A program made the translations under genes and the position numbers. The notes under the pieces are model-generated. The model did not search any database. It was not told where the DNA came from and was given only the letters and a program-made list of their open reading frames with translations. Below, one piece after another: positions 1 through 10,079 of a stretch of 64,000 nt of DNA (within the stretch, counting starts at the first letter, position 1; every line of letters begins with the position of its first letter). Origin of the DNA: an uncultured bacterium (GTDB lineage: Bacteria > Zhuqueibacterota > QNDG01 > DTFT01); assembly GCA_963736115.1 (NCBI GenBank), contig CAVTNR010000028.1:52492-116491 (forward strand). The letters run 5' to 3'.

Positions 1-868
1 CCGACAACTCAAGCAGAACCGCGTGCAGGAATCCGGGATCCGCTGTATCCTCATCGAAAGTCGTCTCGTTGCTCACGGAACGGACTTCGTGTTCGGTCGT
101 CACCGGAGAATCGTCCCTGCCGAACGCGGACTGGCGGAGCCAGTTCGCGCCTTCTCCGCAGATGCGAATCCAATCTTCCTCTCGGATGTCCTGCAGGTCT
201 CCGATGTTCAAAATGCCAAGCCGGCGAAGACGATCCCGGGTCTTCGGACCGACTCCCGGAATACGACCTACCGGAAGCGGACGAAGAAATACAGCGGTTT
301 CATCCGCCGGAATCCAAACCAGCCCGTCCGGTTTCCGGAGATCGGAGGCGATCTTGGCGGTTGTTTTGGAACAGCCGATGCCGACCGATGCCGTCAGACC
401 TTCCGATTCGCGGATCTCCCCTTTGATCGCTGAAGCTGCGTCCAGGGGGGATCCGGAAAGCCGGCCGGTTCCGGTCATGTCCAGGTAAGCTTCGTCCAGA
501 CCGGCTGGTTCGAGGAGAGGTGTGCGGGCCGACAGCAGGGCCATGATGCGGCCGCTGATTTCTTCATACCGGCTGAAACGCGGACGGACGAACGCGCCCT
601 CGGGGCAGAGACGGAAAGCCTTTGAAATCGGCATGGCGGAAGCAATTCCGAAACGCCTCGCTTCATAGGATGCGGCGGAAACAACGCCCCTGCCGTTCCC
701 GCCTTTGGGATCGGCTCCGACGATGACCGGTTTTCCCCTCAGGCCGGGGTCGTCCAACTGTTCCACGGACGCGAAAAAGGCGTCCATATCCACATGGAAG
801 ATGTGGCGCGGCTCGGGACGCGGCTCACGACGCGTCTCGCTTCCCGACTCGGGACGCGGCTCATCCAT
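1..868 (-). CDS. dinB: DNA polymerase IV (Y-family), partial; 3' end runs off the window
   Basis: Not in the ORF track. Manual translation from ATG 868 gives MDEPRPE...RHIFHVDMDAFFASVEQ...GVVSAASYEARRFGIASAMP...GLDEAYLD, the Y-family catalytic motifs. Confidence 0.93.
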   Translation of the reverse strand, partial: MDEPRPESGSETRREPRPEPRHIFHVDMDAFFASVEQLDDPGLRGKPVIVGADPKGGNGRGVVSAASYEARRFGIASAMPISKAFRLCPEGAFVRPRFSRYEEISGRIMALLSARTPLLEPAGLDEAYLDMTGTGRLSGSPLDAASAIKGEIRESEGLTASVGIGCSKTTAKIASDLRKPDGLVWIPADETAVFLRPLPVGRIPGVGPKTRDRLRRLGILNIGDLQDIREEDWIRICGEGANWLRQSAFGRDDSPVTTEHEVRSVSNETTFDEDTADPGFLHAVLLELS

Positions 869-894
869 GCCGCGGGGATTGATTATCGGTTCTT

Positions 895-1365
895 TCACTT
901 GTGATATTTCTCGTTCCGCAGGATGGAAAAGGCCCGGTACAGCTGTTCCAGAAAAATTAAACGCGACATCTCATGAGTGAAGGTCATCGGTGAAATGGAG
1001 AGTACGAAATCCGAGGCCCGGATCGCGGAATCGCTGAGTCCGGCAGGCCCCCCGATGACGAAACAGGCATCCGCGACGCTGCGGTTCTGTAGGAGTCGGA
1101 TCTTTTCGGCGAAATCTTCCGATGAAAGCATCCTGCCCCTGCGGTCGAGGGCCGTCAGGTAACTGCGGGCAGGGACCGTCTCAGCCATGCGGCGCCATTC
1201 CTGTTCCCGGATATCCTCAACCGGCCGGTTCTGTGTGCAGCGGATCTCCCGGACCGTGATGAGCCGCACGGACACGACTCGTTCCAGCCGGCCGAGAAAA
1301 TCCTTCTCCCCCTCCAGAATGTAGCCGGACCGCGTGCGGCCGGGAGTCACAATCGAAATACGCAC
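895..1365 (-). CDS. rlmH: 23S rRNA (pseudouridine1915-N3)-methyltransferase
   Basis: 156 aa SPOUT protein with FVIGGPAG, MTFTHEMSRLIFLEQLYRA and terminal YHK. Confidence 0.95.
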   Translation of the reverse strand: MRISIVTPGRTRSGYILEGEKDFLGRLERVVSVRLITVREIRCTQNRPVEDIREQEWRRMAETVPARSYLTALDRRGRMLSSEDFAEKIRLLQNRSVADACFVIGGPAGLSDSAIRASDFVLSISPMTFTHEMSRLIFLEQLYRAFSILRNEKYHK

Positions 1366-1441
1366 GGCTCACTCTCCCATCCGCGTTCAGTATACGGAAA
1401 ATGCGTTTGCGTTTCAAGCGAAAATGTGATAAAATGAGGAA

Positions 1442-1510
1442 CCCCGCCGCAAAAAGCGGGGCATCACGGGAAACCTGGATGATGGACGCTGCAAGCGGCG
1501 GAGAATATAA
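1442..1510. repeat. Degenerate two-hairpin REP/PATE-like element
   Basis: CCCCGCCGCAAAAAGCGGGG (1442-1461) and CGCTGCAAGCGGCG (1487-1500) resemble the CCCCGCCGCAAGCGGCGGGG hairpins of the repeats at 35.4, 42.2 and 54.2 kb. Confidence 0.5.
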
Positions 1511-1617
1511 CCAGTCGGAGCGGCCAGAAGCCCGATCTCCAATCATCCAGAAAAACTGAGTCCAGAATGACCAGGCTTCTGGCCGCCCGATTGACAGACT
1601 TATTGCAGGAGAATTCC

Positions 1618-2445
1618 ATGCCGAAAGTCGCATTTCAGGGGGAAAAAGGCGCGTTCAGTGAAGACGCCGCAATCCGCTTCTGGCGTTCCGGAGTGTCTCC
1701 CGTCCCCCACCGGACCTTTCGGGACGTTTTCGACTCCGTCTGGAAGGGACGATGCGAAGCGGGGATCATTCCGATCGAAAACGCGCAGACCGGGAGCATC
1801 CATCAGAACGTGGATCTGCTCCTCGAATACAGACTGTCCGTGACGGGCGAGATCATTTTGCGCATCCGGCATTGTCTCCTGGCCCTGCCCGGCGTCCGGA
1901 TGAAGGACGTCCGCCGCATCCTCTCCCATCCGCAGGCGCTCGAACAGTGTTCCGGTTTCCTGCGTTCAAAAAAAGGCATCGCCTCCGTTCCGACCCACGA
2001 TACGGCCGGATCCGCGAAGATGATCAGCGAGGAACGCCAGAAGGACAGCGCGGCCATCGCCAGCGCGCGGGCAGGTCAGGACTATGGCCTCGCCGTGCTG
2101 AAACGCGGCATTGAGAATCACGAGCAGAATTATACACGCTTTCTGGTCATTTCGAAAAAGGCCGGCTCTCCGACGCGCGGGGCCAAAACATCGGTTGTAT
2201 TCAGCCTCAAGGACATCCCCGGGGGGCTTTACAAAGCGCTCAGCGTTTTCGCGCTCAGAGACATCAACTTGCTGAAAATCGAATCCCGCCCCATGCGAAA
2301 AGGCCCTTGGAAATACTGGTTTTATCTGGACTTCGAAGGCGCCATGCTCGATTCGCACTGCTCCAGGGCCATCGATCATCTCGGCGAAATCACGACATAC
2401 CTGAAAGTACTGGGATCCTACCCGCTCGGACGTGTCATCGAATAA
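1618..2445 (+). CDS. pheA: Prephenate dehydratase with ACT domain
   Basis: VAFQGEKGAFSE, SHPQALEQC, NYTRF and KIESRP motifs; AGGAG RBS before ATG 1618. Confidence 0.95.
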   Translation: MPKVAFQGEKGAFSEDAAIRFWRSGVSPVPHRTFRDVFDSVWKGRCEAGIIPIENAQTGSIHQNVDLLLEYRLSVTGEIILRIRHCLLALPGVRMKDVRRILSHPQALEQCSGFLRSKKGIASVPTHDTAGSAKMISEERQKDSAAIASARAGQDYGLAVLKRGIENHEQNYTRFLVISKKAGSPTRGAKTSVVFSLKDIPGGLYKALSVFALRDINLLKIESRPMRKGPWKYWFYLDFEGAMLDSHCSRAIDHLGEITTYLKVLGSYPLGRVIE

Positions 2446-2457
2446 TGTTCAAAACAG

Positions 2458-2487
2458 AGAGGGGAACCGGACCGCCGGTTCCCCTCT
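2458..2487. terminator. Hairpin between convergent genes, likely a terminator
   Basis: 13-bp perfect stem AGAGGGGAACCGG-accg-CCGGTTCCCCTCT. Confidence 0.65.
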
Positions 2488-2518
2488 TTCCTGATCTATT
2501 TCCGCTGGACCATTCCGT

Positions 2519-2890
2519 TTATCCGATCATTTCCCGCAACTCCTCCAGCCCTTTCCGTATTTCAATCAACCTGTCCACGAGGCTGCGGCTGACCGCCGTC
2601 CGGCCCGGAGAAGAAACTTCTTCGATCCGGCCTTCCTCTCCGTCCGGTTCCCGGGTCTCCAGTCTTCTGGCGATGTCCAGATCGTCCAGACCGGCCGACA
2701 CCCAGTCGCGGATCTGCTCGACGGTATGGATGTCGGAAGGACGGTAGAGACGCTTGCCGGATTTGGACTTGGCCGGACGCAATTGGGGGAATTTCCGTTC
2801 CCAGGCCTTCAACGTATGGCTGGAAATCCCGGTCGCGTCGCAGATTTCCTTCATCGTGAAATAAAGGCGGCGTATTTCCGGAACGGTCAT
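2519..2890 (-). CDS. MerR-family HTH regulator
   Basis: YFTMKEICDATGISSHTLKAWE...SGKRLY MerR-type HTH. Confidence 0.85.
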   Translation of the reverse strand: MTVPEIRRLYFTMKEICDATGISSHTLKAWERKFPQLRPAKSKSGKRLYRPSDIHTVEQIRDWVSAGLDDLDIARRLETREPDGEEGRIEEVSSPGRTAVSRSLVDRLIEIRKGLEELREMIG

Positions 2891-2924
2891 AGTGGAATCC
2901 GCAGGAAGTGATCGGACCGGCCGC

Positions 2925-3716
2925 TCAGTCGGACGAAGGCTTGACCAGCGCCGTGCCGTGAGAACAGAAATTGATCACGCGAAGCTTGACATCCTCGAGA
3001 AAACCCAGCGGAGAACCGGTTAATTTGGACCTGAGGCTCAGCCTCCCATCGAAAAGATAATACGCCTTTCTCTCAAAAACAAGCGTTTTATCCCCCGGTT
3101 TCCGGAGCCAGAATCCGGCGGCCTTGTCGTATCCGGCCCGACGCATGGCGTCGAGAACACCGTCGTTGTACCGTCCGAAAGGGAAAGAAAGAAAACGGAC
3201 CGGCTGGTTCAAACCGTCCTCCAGGGTCCGCCTGGAATCCCTGAGTTCTGCGTCCATGCGTGAGGCGGAAACCCGGGTCAAGTCCGGGTGCCGCGCGGTA
3301 TGCGAACCGATTTCCCAGCCCGCGTCCCGGAGCTCACACAGGCGGGGCCAGTCCAGGTGCGTGAACCGGATCCATCCGAGATTCACATCCCAGGTGTTTT
3401 CGAGACCGACGTAATCCGTGATCACGAATACCGTCGCCCGGAAGCCGGCCGCGGCGAGAATGGGTAAAGCGTTCCGGTGAACGCTCTCATAAGAATCGTC
3501 GAATGTCAGAACGACCGGCTTCTCGGGAAGGCGCGCGGGATCCGCGCAATCCGCGAGGGAGACGGAAGCATACCCCCGGTCCCGCAATTCTGACACGACC
3601 CGGCTGAACCGCGACCGGCCGATCCGCGTCACACCCCATTCAAACCGGTCGTCCACTTTGTGGAAGGCGAGAACCGGAACGGGACGGATGGACGGAGGCG
3701 TCGCTCCGGACTTCAG
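2925..3716 (-). CDS. Polysaccharide deacetylase (NodB/CE4)
   Basis: VLTFDD, EIGSHTARH and SFPFG motifs; start uncertain, possibly CTG at 3716 overlapping the upstream TGA. Confidence 0.85.
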   Translation of the reverse strand: MKSGATPPSIRPVPVLAFHKVDDRFEWGVTRIGRSRFSRVVSELRDRGYASVSLADCADPARLPEKPVVLTFDDSYESVHRNALPILAAAGFRATVFVITDYVGLENTWDVNLGWIRFTHLDWPRLCELRDAGWEIGSHTARHPDLTRVSASRMDAELRDSRRTLEDGLNQPVRFLSFPFGRYNDGVLDAMRRAGYDKAAGFWLRKPGDKTLVFERKAYYLFDGRLSLRSKLTGSPLGFLEDVKLRVINFCSHGTALVKPSSD

Positions 3717-4951
3717 CCGATCTTCCTCGGTCTCACCAGGACCGTGTAGGGTTCCATGCCGTCCAGCACGGACTCTGCCGCAGCGCGGATGTCCCGCATC
3801 GAAACCGACCGGAAACACCGCATGACCCGCTCGATGGGGGTATAGGATTTTGTGTAGGCTTCCATTTTCGCCAGCCGGCTCATCCGGTGGCCGCAGTCCT
3901 CGTACGTCAGATGCAGATTCCCGATAATCTGAGATTTTACCCGTTCGAGAGCGGCCGCGGGCATCCCTTCCCGGACCAGAAGCCGTGTCTCGGTCCGGAT
4001 GGCCTCAAGCGCGCGTTCCAAGGTTTCCGGCGAAGTGCTCGCGTAAACGCCCCAGAGTCCTGAGTCGGACCAGAAATCCAGAAATGAATAAACGGAGTAG
4101 GAAAGTCCCTGCTCCTCCCGCAGTTTCTGAAAAAGGCGCGAGCTCATGCCGCCCCCGAAATACGTGTCCAGTATCAGCAGCGGAAATTTGCGGGCGTCGG
4201 TGTAGGACACGCCGGGTGCGCCGGTGCAGACATGCCCCTGGGAAATCGGAGCGCGCACCGTGCGGGTCCGGACCGAACCGATGCCGGGGGGAAGCCCCTT
4301 CGCCGGCCGTCCGGCGCCGAGATCCCGGAAACGACTGTCGATCAGACTGCAGAGACGGCGATGGTCCACGTTGCCGGCCGCCGACACAATGCAATTGGGG
4401 AAAGTGTACCGGGATTTCCGGTACGTCAGCATATCCTCGCGACGGATGCCGCGGAGGGTGGTCGGCGAACCCAGGATGGGCGCGCCGAGCGGATGCCGAG
4501 GGAAAACCGTTTCGACAAACCGCTCGTGAATCAGGTCCTCAGGCGTATCCTGCACATTGCGGATTTCTTCGAGAATGATGCCCTTTTCGCTCCGCAGATC
4601 CGAGGGTCGGAGAACAGGATGCTGAACGATGTCCGCGAGAACGTCCACGGCCTGTTCGAGATGCTCATCCAGGACGAGGGCGCAGAAGCAGGTAAATTCC
4701 TTCTCGGTGAAGGCGTTCAGGTGACCGCCCAGGGATTCCAGGCTCACGGCGATTTCATAGGAACTCCTCTGCCCGGTACCCTTGAACGCCATGTGCTCGA
4801 GCAGATGGCTGAGGCCGCCGGTCCGGGCGGCCTCGTGGCGCGAGCCTGAGGTGATCCAGACGCCGATGGAGACGGAACGGATCCAGGGCATGGACTCCGT
4901 GACGACGCGGAGTCCGCTGTCCAGCCGGGTCTTCCGGTACCGGACGCTCAT
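3713..4951 (-). CDS. M16 family zinc peptidase
   Basis: Inverted zinc motif HLLEH, NAFTEKE, GGGMSSRLFQ; usual position downstream of pnp. Confidence 0.92.
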   Translation of the reverse strand: MSVRYRKTRLDSGLRVVTESMPWIRSVSIGVWITSGSRHEAARTGGLSHLLEHMAFKGTGQRSSYEIAVSLESLGGHLNAFTEKEFTCFCALVLDEHLEQAVDVLADIVQHPVLRPSDLRSEKGIILEEIRNVQDTPEDLIHERFVETVFPRHPLGAPILGSPTTLRGIRREDMLTYRKSRYTFPNCIVSAAGNVDHRRLCSLIDSRFRDLGAGRPAKGLPPGIGSVRTRTVRAPISQGHVCTGAPGVSYTDARKFPLLILDTYFGGGMSSRLFQKLREEQGLSYSVYSFLDFWSDSGLWGVYASTSPETLERALEAIRTETRLLVREGMPAAALERVKSQIIGNLHLTYEDCGHRMSRLAKMEAYTKSYTPIERVMRCFRSVSMRDIRAAAESVLDGMEPYTVLVRPRKIG

Positions 4952-7107
4952 CGGCGCCGGGGCGGCCTGTCGTTTCCACCGTCGCGGGGCGGCCGGTCGT
5001 TTCCGCCTTCCCGAGGCGGCTCACCCGCGGGCTTCTCGAGGAGGACTTTGCGGCTCAGCTCGTATTTGCCTTCCGGGCTGACGCTGAGAAGCTTCACCTC
5101 CACCTCATCGCCGACCTTCATGTATTCCTCAACCCGGGCAACGCGGTGGTGGGCGATCTCCGAGATGTGCAGCAGTCCTTCCTTGCCGGGGAGAATTTCC
5201 ACGAACGCCCCGAAATTGGTCGTCTTGGTGACCCGGCCCTTGTAGATTGTGCCGGGTTCCGGTCTTTTCGTGAGTCCTTCGATGATTTCGCGCGCCATCC
5301 GGCATGCGGCGTCATCCGCCGATGCGATCTGAATCGTGCCGTCGTCCTCAATGTTGATCTCCGCGCCGGAACGTTCGCAGATCTCGCGTATCATCTTGCC
5401 GCCGGGGCCGATGACCGCGCCGATCTGGTCTACGTCGATCTTGATCCAGATGATGCGGGGCGCGTACGGCGAGAGTTCGGGCTTCGGCGCGGCGATCGTC
5501 CTGTCCATGATGTCCAGAATGTGGGTACGGCCGGCCTTCGCCTTCTCCAGTGCCTCGCGCATCAACGCGGAGGAAATCCCCTTGATCTTGATGTCCATCT
5601 GGAATGCGGTGACGCCCTTGCGGGTGCCGGTCACCTTGAAGTCCATGTCGCCGACGTGATCCTCGTCGCCCAGGATGTCGGTGAGCACCGCCACCTGGTC
5701 GCCTTCCTTGACGAGTCCCATGGCGATGCCTGCCACGCTCGACTTCACGGGAACGCCCGCGTCCATCAGCGCCAGCGAGCCCGCGCAGACCGTGGCCATC
5801 GAGGAGGACCCGTTGGATTCCAGAATGTCGGAAACGATCCGGAGCGTGTACGGAAAAGCCGATTCCGTGGGGATGACGGCCTTCAGCGCGCGTTCGGCCA
5901 GGTTACCGTGTCCGATTTCCCTGCGGCTCGGACCGCGAAAGGGTTTCACCTCTCCGACGCTGAAGGGCGGAAAATTATAATGGAGCATATAGGTCTTCCA
6001 GGACTCCCCCTCCAGCCCTTCGATTCTCTGCTCGTCCGTTTTCGTCCCCAGCGTGGCCACGGTCATGCTCTGGGTTTCGCCGCGGGTGAAGAGCGCCGAT
6101 CCGTGCGTGCGCGGAAGGACCGCGATCTCGCAGGCGATGGGACGGATTTCGTCGACGCCCCGTCCGTCGATGCGCTTTTTCTCGGAGAGAATTTTTTTCC
6201 GGATGATTTCCCGCTCGCACTCGTCGAAAATTTCCCCGACGATTGCTTCCGATTCCGGGAAGGCTTCAGCCGTGGACGTCCTGATTTCGTCGAGAATCGC
6301 ATGGACGGCGCGGCGCCGTTCGAGTTTCGAGACAGTCTGCAGGGCCGCGGGTAATTTTGCCATCGCCGTCCGGCGGACGGCTTCAACGAGCCCCTCCGGA
6401 ATCGCGCGCTCCGGCACCGGGCGTTTGGTCCTCCCCGCCTCGGCGACGAGTTCCTTCTGAAGCCGGACGATTTTCCGGCAGGCCTCATGGGCGAACTCGA
6501 GGGCCGCCACCATGTCGTCTTCGGAAATTTCGGCCGCCTCGCCCTCGACCATCGCGATGGCGTCCTCGGACGCCGCGACCACCACATTCATGTCGCTTTC
6601 GGTCAGCTGGGCGAAAGTGGGATTGAGGATGAGTTCCCGGTTCACGCGGCCGACCCGGACGGCGCCGATGGGTCCGTCAAAGGGGATGTCCGAGATGCAC
6701 ACGGCCGCCGATGCGCCGATGATTCCGAGCACGTCCGGGTCGTGCTCGCGGTCGGACGACAGAACCGACACGAACACCTGCACTTCGTACGGGAAAAATT
6801 TCGGGAACAGGGGCCGGATGGGCCGGTCGACCAGACGGGAACTGAGCGTCTCCTTTTCGGTGGGTCTGCCCTCCCGCTTGAAAAATCCGCCCGGTATTTT
6901 GCCCACGGCGAAGGCTTTTTCGCGGTATTCGACGGAAAGGGGGAAGAATCCCGCGTTTTCCTTCGGGGTCTGGGATCCCACGACCGTCGCCAGTACGACG
7001 GTGTCGCCGTAACGGACAACAACCGCGCCGTCTGCCTGCTTGGCCAGCCTGCCGGTTTCCAGCCCGAGCGTCTGCCCGGCCAGATCCAAGGTTTTATTCA
7101 ATGTCAT
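4948..7107 (-). CDS. pnp: Polyribonucleotide nucleotidyltransferase
   Basis: RREIGHG, ESNGSSSMA, DMDFKV, KH (VIGPGG) and S1 domains. Confidence 0.98.
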   Translation of the reverse strand: MTLNKTLDLAGQTLGLETGRLAKQADGAVVVRYGDTVVLATVVGSQTPKENAGFFPLSVEYREKAFAVGKIPGGFFKREGRPTEKETLSSRLVDRPIRPLFPKFFPYEVQVFVSVLSSDREHDPDVLGIIGASAAVCISDIPFDGPIGAVRVGRVNRELILNPTFAQLTESDMNVVVAASEDAIAMVEGEAAEISEDDMVAALEFAHEACRKIVRLQKELVAEAGRTKRPVPERAIPEGLVEAVRRTAMAKLPAALQTVSKLERRRAVHAILDEIRTSTAEAFPESEAIVGEIFDECEREIIRKKILSEKKRIDGRGVDEIRPIACEIAVLPRTHGSALFTRGETQSMTVATLGTKTDEQRIEGLEGESWKTYMLHYNFPPFSVGEVKPFRGPSRREIGHGNLAERALKAVIPTESAFPYTLRIVSDILESNGSSSMATVCAGSLALMDAGVPVKSSVAGIAMGLVKEGDQVAVLTDILGDEDHVGDMDFKVTGTRKGVTAFQMDIKIKGISSALMREALEKAKAGRTHILDIMDRTIAAPKPELSPYAPRIIWIKIDVDQIGAVIGPGGKMIREICERSGAEINIEDDGTIQIASADDAACRMAREIIEGLTKRPEPGTIYKGRVTKTTNFGAFVEILPGKEGLLHISEIAHHRVARVEEYMKVGDEVEVKLLSVSPEGKYELSRKVLLEKPAGEPPREGGNDRPPRDGGNDRPPRRR

Positions 7108-7134
7108 GATGTCTCCTGTATCCCTGACGATAGG

Positions 7135-8568
7135 TCAGGGCTTTTTATTGGATTTTCCCCCCGCGCCGGAGAGCCCGGATGGTTCCGGGTTTTCCGCGGA
7201 GTCTTTCTCTGCGGTCCATGCGTTGCGCGAAGGCGTGAGATGCTTGAAAATGTCGTTCCGGGCCGTTGCGACCCAGCGAGTCGAACGGTTGATGAGAAAC
7301 AGGGTGCGGATATCCCGGGCCTTTCCGAATCCGATCCGGGCCACCGATTCGCCTCCCTCCCCTTCCAGGATGACCTCGCGGCCGGCCGGTTCAAGCCCGT
7401 AGCGGGACAGTCCGTCCGGGTTCCGGGTGATCGTGGTCTCCGCCTTGAGAGAAGCCAGTGCGGTCAGCAGATCCTCGACCCGTTTTCCGTCCGCCCGTTC
7501 CGGCGCCGGCGGATCGAAAATCCATGTGCCTGAAGAATCCTTCCGGAAGGCCACCGATCCGGAGGACGGCGAGCGGATCTCGACGCGCTTCACTTTCCAT
7601 TCCTCGAAGGGCGCGACCTTCGTCTCGCGGAAATCATCCGCCCGTTTCAGAAGGGCGTTGACGAGTCCGGTGTCCACCAGCAGAACGGACGGCCTGGTCG
7701 AATCCGCGGCATAGACCTGCCCGGCCCGGCGGGTTCCGAACAGGAGCGTTTTCCGTACGGAATCAGGACCTGCGGTCACGGTGAGCCGGATTCCGGGCGG
7801 GTCGAGTCCGACCCTGGACCGGGACACCGGAGAATTGTCGACAAAGGACTTGACCTCGGCCCATCGGATGCGGTTGAGCAGTTCGTCGACGGGAGCCGTC
7901 GCGGCCGCGGCTTCGATCGGTTTCCGGATTTCCCAGCCGCCGTTCTGCTTTTCGATGACCAGGAGTCCGGCCGGACGCCGGATCTCCACGCGCAGTACCT
8001 CGTCTTTTTCGAATGACAGCACGGAACGGTCACGGAGTTCGAAAAGCGGACGGACAAGCGACGATCTCAGGGACGCATCCGTCAAAACGGCCCGGTCCTG
8101 CCCCGGACGCCGGACATAGATGAAGGCGCCTGTGGGATTGGCATCTCCGATCAGGAGGGTATCGGTTTTACCTTCATCCGGAACGACAAACACGGTCAAC
8201 TCGGGATACTCCAGCCCGTAGGCGGCCCAGTCCTCGATGCCTTCCATCACGCGTTCCGTTTTCGCCCGGCGGATCGCCGAAATGAGGTTCCCCACGACAG
8301 TGCAGTCGGCGGGCGAATCCACCGGCGAAAGAATGCGCCAGGATCCCCCTTGCCGCTCCACAATCAGCGTCTCGGATCCGGAGGCGGACGCCTCCGCCGG
8401 GCGTCGGATGGTGAGCCGCCGGATCCCGTCCGCGCCCGTGGAAATGAGACGGCCGGAACGCTCCGCCTGTTCGGAACGCCGGACGCCGCCCCGGATTTCC
8501 AGAAAATAAACCGCTGCCGCGGCAGCGACGCACACAATCAAGAGGATCAGCGTGGAACGCGCCTTCAT
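7135..8568 (-). CDS. Membrane-anchored DUF4340-like repeat protein
   Basis: N-terminal TM followed by three repeats of the W-x-I...YGLE-x-P...L-x-IG pattern; last gene of the Gld-like ABC cassette. Confidence 0.7.
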   Translation of the reverse strand: MKARSTLILLIVCVAAAAAVYFLEIRGGVRRSEQAERSGRLISTGADGIRRLTIRRPAEASASGSETLIVERQGGSWRILSPVDSPADCTVVGNLISAIRRAKTERVMEGIEDWAAYGLEYPELTVFVVPDEGKTDTLLIGDANPTGAFIYVRRPGQDRAVLTDASLRSSLVRPLFELRDRSVLSFEKDEVLRVEIRRPAGLLVIEKQNGGWEIRKPIEAAAATAPVDELLNRIRWAEVKSFVDNSPVSRSRVGLDPPGIRLTVTAGPDSVRKTLLFGTRRAGQVYAADSTRPSVLLVDTGLVNALLKRADDFRETKVAPFEEWKVKRVEIRSPSSGSVAFRKDSSGTWIFDPPAPERADGKRVEDLLTALASLKAETTITRNPDGLSRYGLEPAGREVILEGEGGESVARIGFGKARDIRTLFLINRSTRWVATARNDIFKHLTPSRNAWTAEKDSAENPEPSGLSGAGGKSNKKP

Positions 8569-10079
8569 CTGGACCGTCTCTCCCTGCGGATGTACATCCA
8601 GATACCCGCCAGTGCGGCCGCCAGCGGCATGGCCACTACGGTGAGCAGAAAAACGGCCCGGCCCTGCTTGGCGTTCAGGAATACTCGCCTGTCCTCCGGC
8701 TGCCGGGCCCGGATGGAGATCAGGTCCTTCTCCTCCGCGAGCCAGCTGACCGTATTGAGAAATAAATCGCCGTTGCCCTGGACCCGAAAGTACGAATTAT
8801 TCGCGAAGTCGGCGTCTCCGAACACCGCCAGACGCGACTGGATGCCGCCTGATTTTTTTGTCGAGACCGCGGCAATGGTGACCGGTCCCGCCAGATCCCG
8901 GCCCTTGTCGAAACGGACGTCCGGAGTCCCGAGCGTGGTTTCTCCCCAGCTGTTGGCCGATGTCCGGAGCAGAGGCTCGACTGTCCATTCCGGCCCGGGT
9001 TCCGTTTTCGGCGTCACGGAACGGCAGTACGGAAAGAAGGTCATCACCCGGAATTGATCCGTGACCGGATGCGGCGGATAGTCGGTGACCAACGGCACCT
9101 CCGGTCCCATGCCGAACAGCTGTCCCATGCCGCTGGCGTCGATGACGACGTCGCTGCCGATGGTCATGCCCCATGCGCCGGCGAACGCTTCGAATCCGGC
9201 GACTTCCGCGTCGATCATGAACAGCGCCTTGCCGCCGCGCTCCAGAAAGGCCTGGAGCGTATCCAGTTCGGACTGAAAATATGCCTTCTGAGGGCCGCAC
9301 GCGACCAGAACGGTGCAGTCGGAGGGAATCCGCTTCTCGGTCGCAAGGTTGAGTTTCCGCACCCGGTAGTGCTCGTCCTCGATCGCTTTCCGGGCGGAGG
9401 CATAACCCGTTTTTTCCGAGGAATCAATGTCGTTCTCTCCGTGTCCGTCCAGGAAGAGCACGGTCTTCCTTTCCTCCCGGGTGACACGGATGAGCGCGTT
9501 GGTGAGGGCCTGTTCGCCTTTTTCAGTGATCTTCTGGGACTGGCCGCCGCATTCCAGCACCAGCGTGCCGTCGGTCGTGACACCGTACAGTTTCGCCGTC
9601 GAGGGTTTCCTGTCCGGATCCACGAACTCGAATTTCAGGCGGGACGCGTAGAAACGGTAGGATTTGAGAATGTCTTCGACGGGCTTCTGGTCCTGGGCCT
9701 TGACAAAGGCGATGATCCGGACGTCCCGCTTCAGGTTCTTGAGAACGTTCCGGGTCTGGGGCGAGAGGCTGAACTGCCCGCCTTTCGAGAGATCGACTCT
9801 CAGGCTGTGGCGGTTGACCGTGAAATTCACCAGCCCGAGCAGGACGAGGACCATCAGCGAGACCGCGACGGCGTTGCCGCCGTACCGGAATGAACGGAGC
9901 GAGGAAAGCCGCCGGATGTCATCGAACCGCATCACCCCGTACAAAACGACGAGCGCAAGGCCGGCTCCCGATAGAATCCATGAAAGGGCGGTCCACACCT
10001 TCCCGGTCTGGAAATGGACCAGGGCCGCGGCAATCAGGATGCCGCCCAGGAACCCGGCGATTCCAGGCAGTCTCTTCAT
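8565..10079 (-). CDS. GldG-like ABC transporter auxiliary component
   Basis: DLSKGGQFSLS, FLDGHGE, VFGDADF, NGDLFLNTVSWL; N- and C-terminal TMs. Confidence 0.85.
   Translation of the reverse strand: MKRLPGIAGFLGGILIAAALVHFQTGKVWTALSWILSGAGLALVVLYGVMRFDDIRRLSSLRSFRYGGNAVAVSLMVLVLLGLVNFTVNRHSLRVDLSKGGQFSLSPQTRNVLKNLKRDVRIIAFVKAQDQKPVEDILKSYRFYASRLKFEFVDPDRKPSTAKLYGVTTDGTLVLECGGQSQKITEKGEQALTNALIRVTREERKTVLFLDGHGENDIDSSEKTGYASARKAIEDEHYRVRKLNLATEKRIPSDCTVLVACGPQKAYFQSELDTLQAFLERGGKALFMIDAEVAGFEAFAGAWGMTIGSDVVIDASGMGQLFGMGPEVPLVTDYPPHPVTDQFRVMTFFPYCRSVTPKTEPGPEWTVEPLLRTSANSWGETTLGTPDVRFDKGRDLAGPVTIAAVSTKKSGGIQSRLAVFGDADFANNSYFRVQGNGDLFLNTVSWLAEEKDLISIRARQPEDRRVFLNAKQGRAVFLLTVVAMPLAAALAGIWMYIRRERRSR

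Noticed and set aside
816-863. 13-bp direct repeat GGGACGCGGCTCA at the dinB 5' end (EPRPE twice)
   Set aside because: Small local duplication in a variable N-terminal tail.
2805-2835. GCCTTCAA match to the 45-bp cassette end inside the MerR gene
   Set aside because: No TTGGTCCCGC hairpin follows at 19-20 nt; chance 8-mer.
4955-5022. 27-bp tandem repeat in the pnp tail (GGNDRPPR twice)
   Set aside because: Low-complexity tails are common in PNPase.
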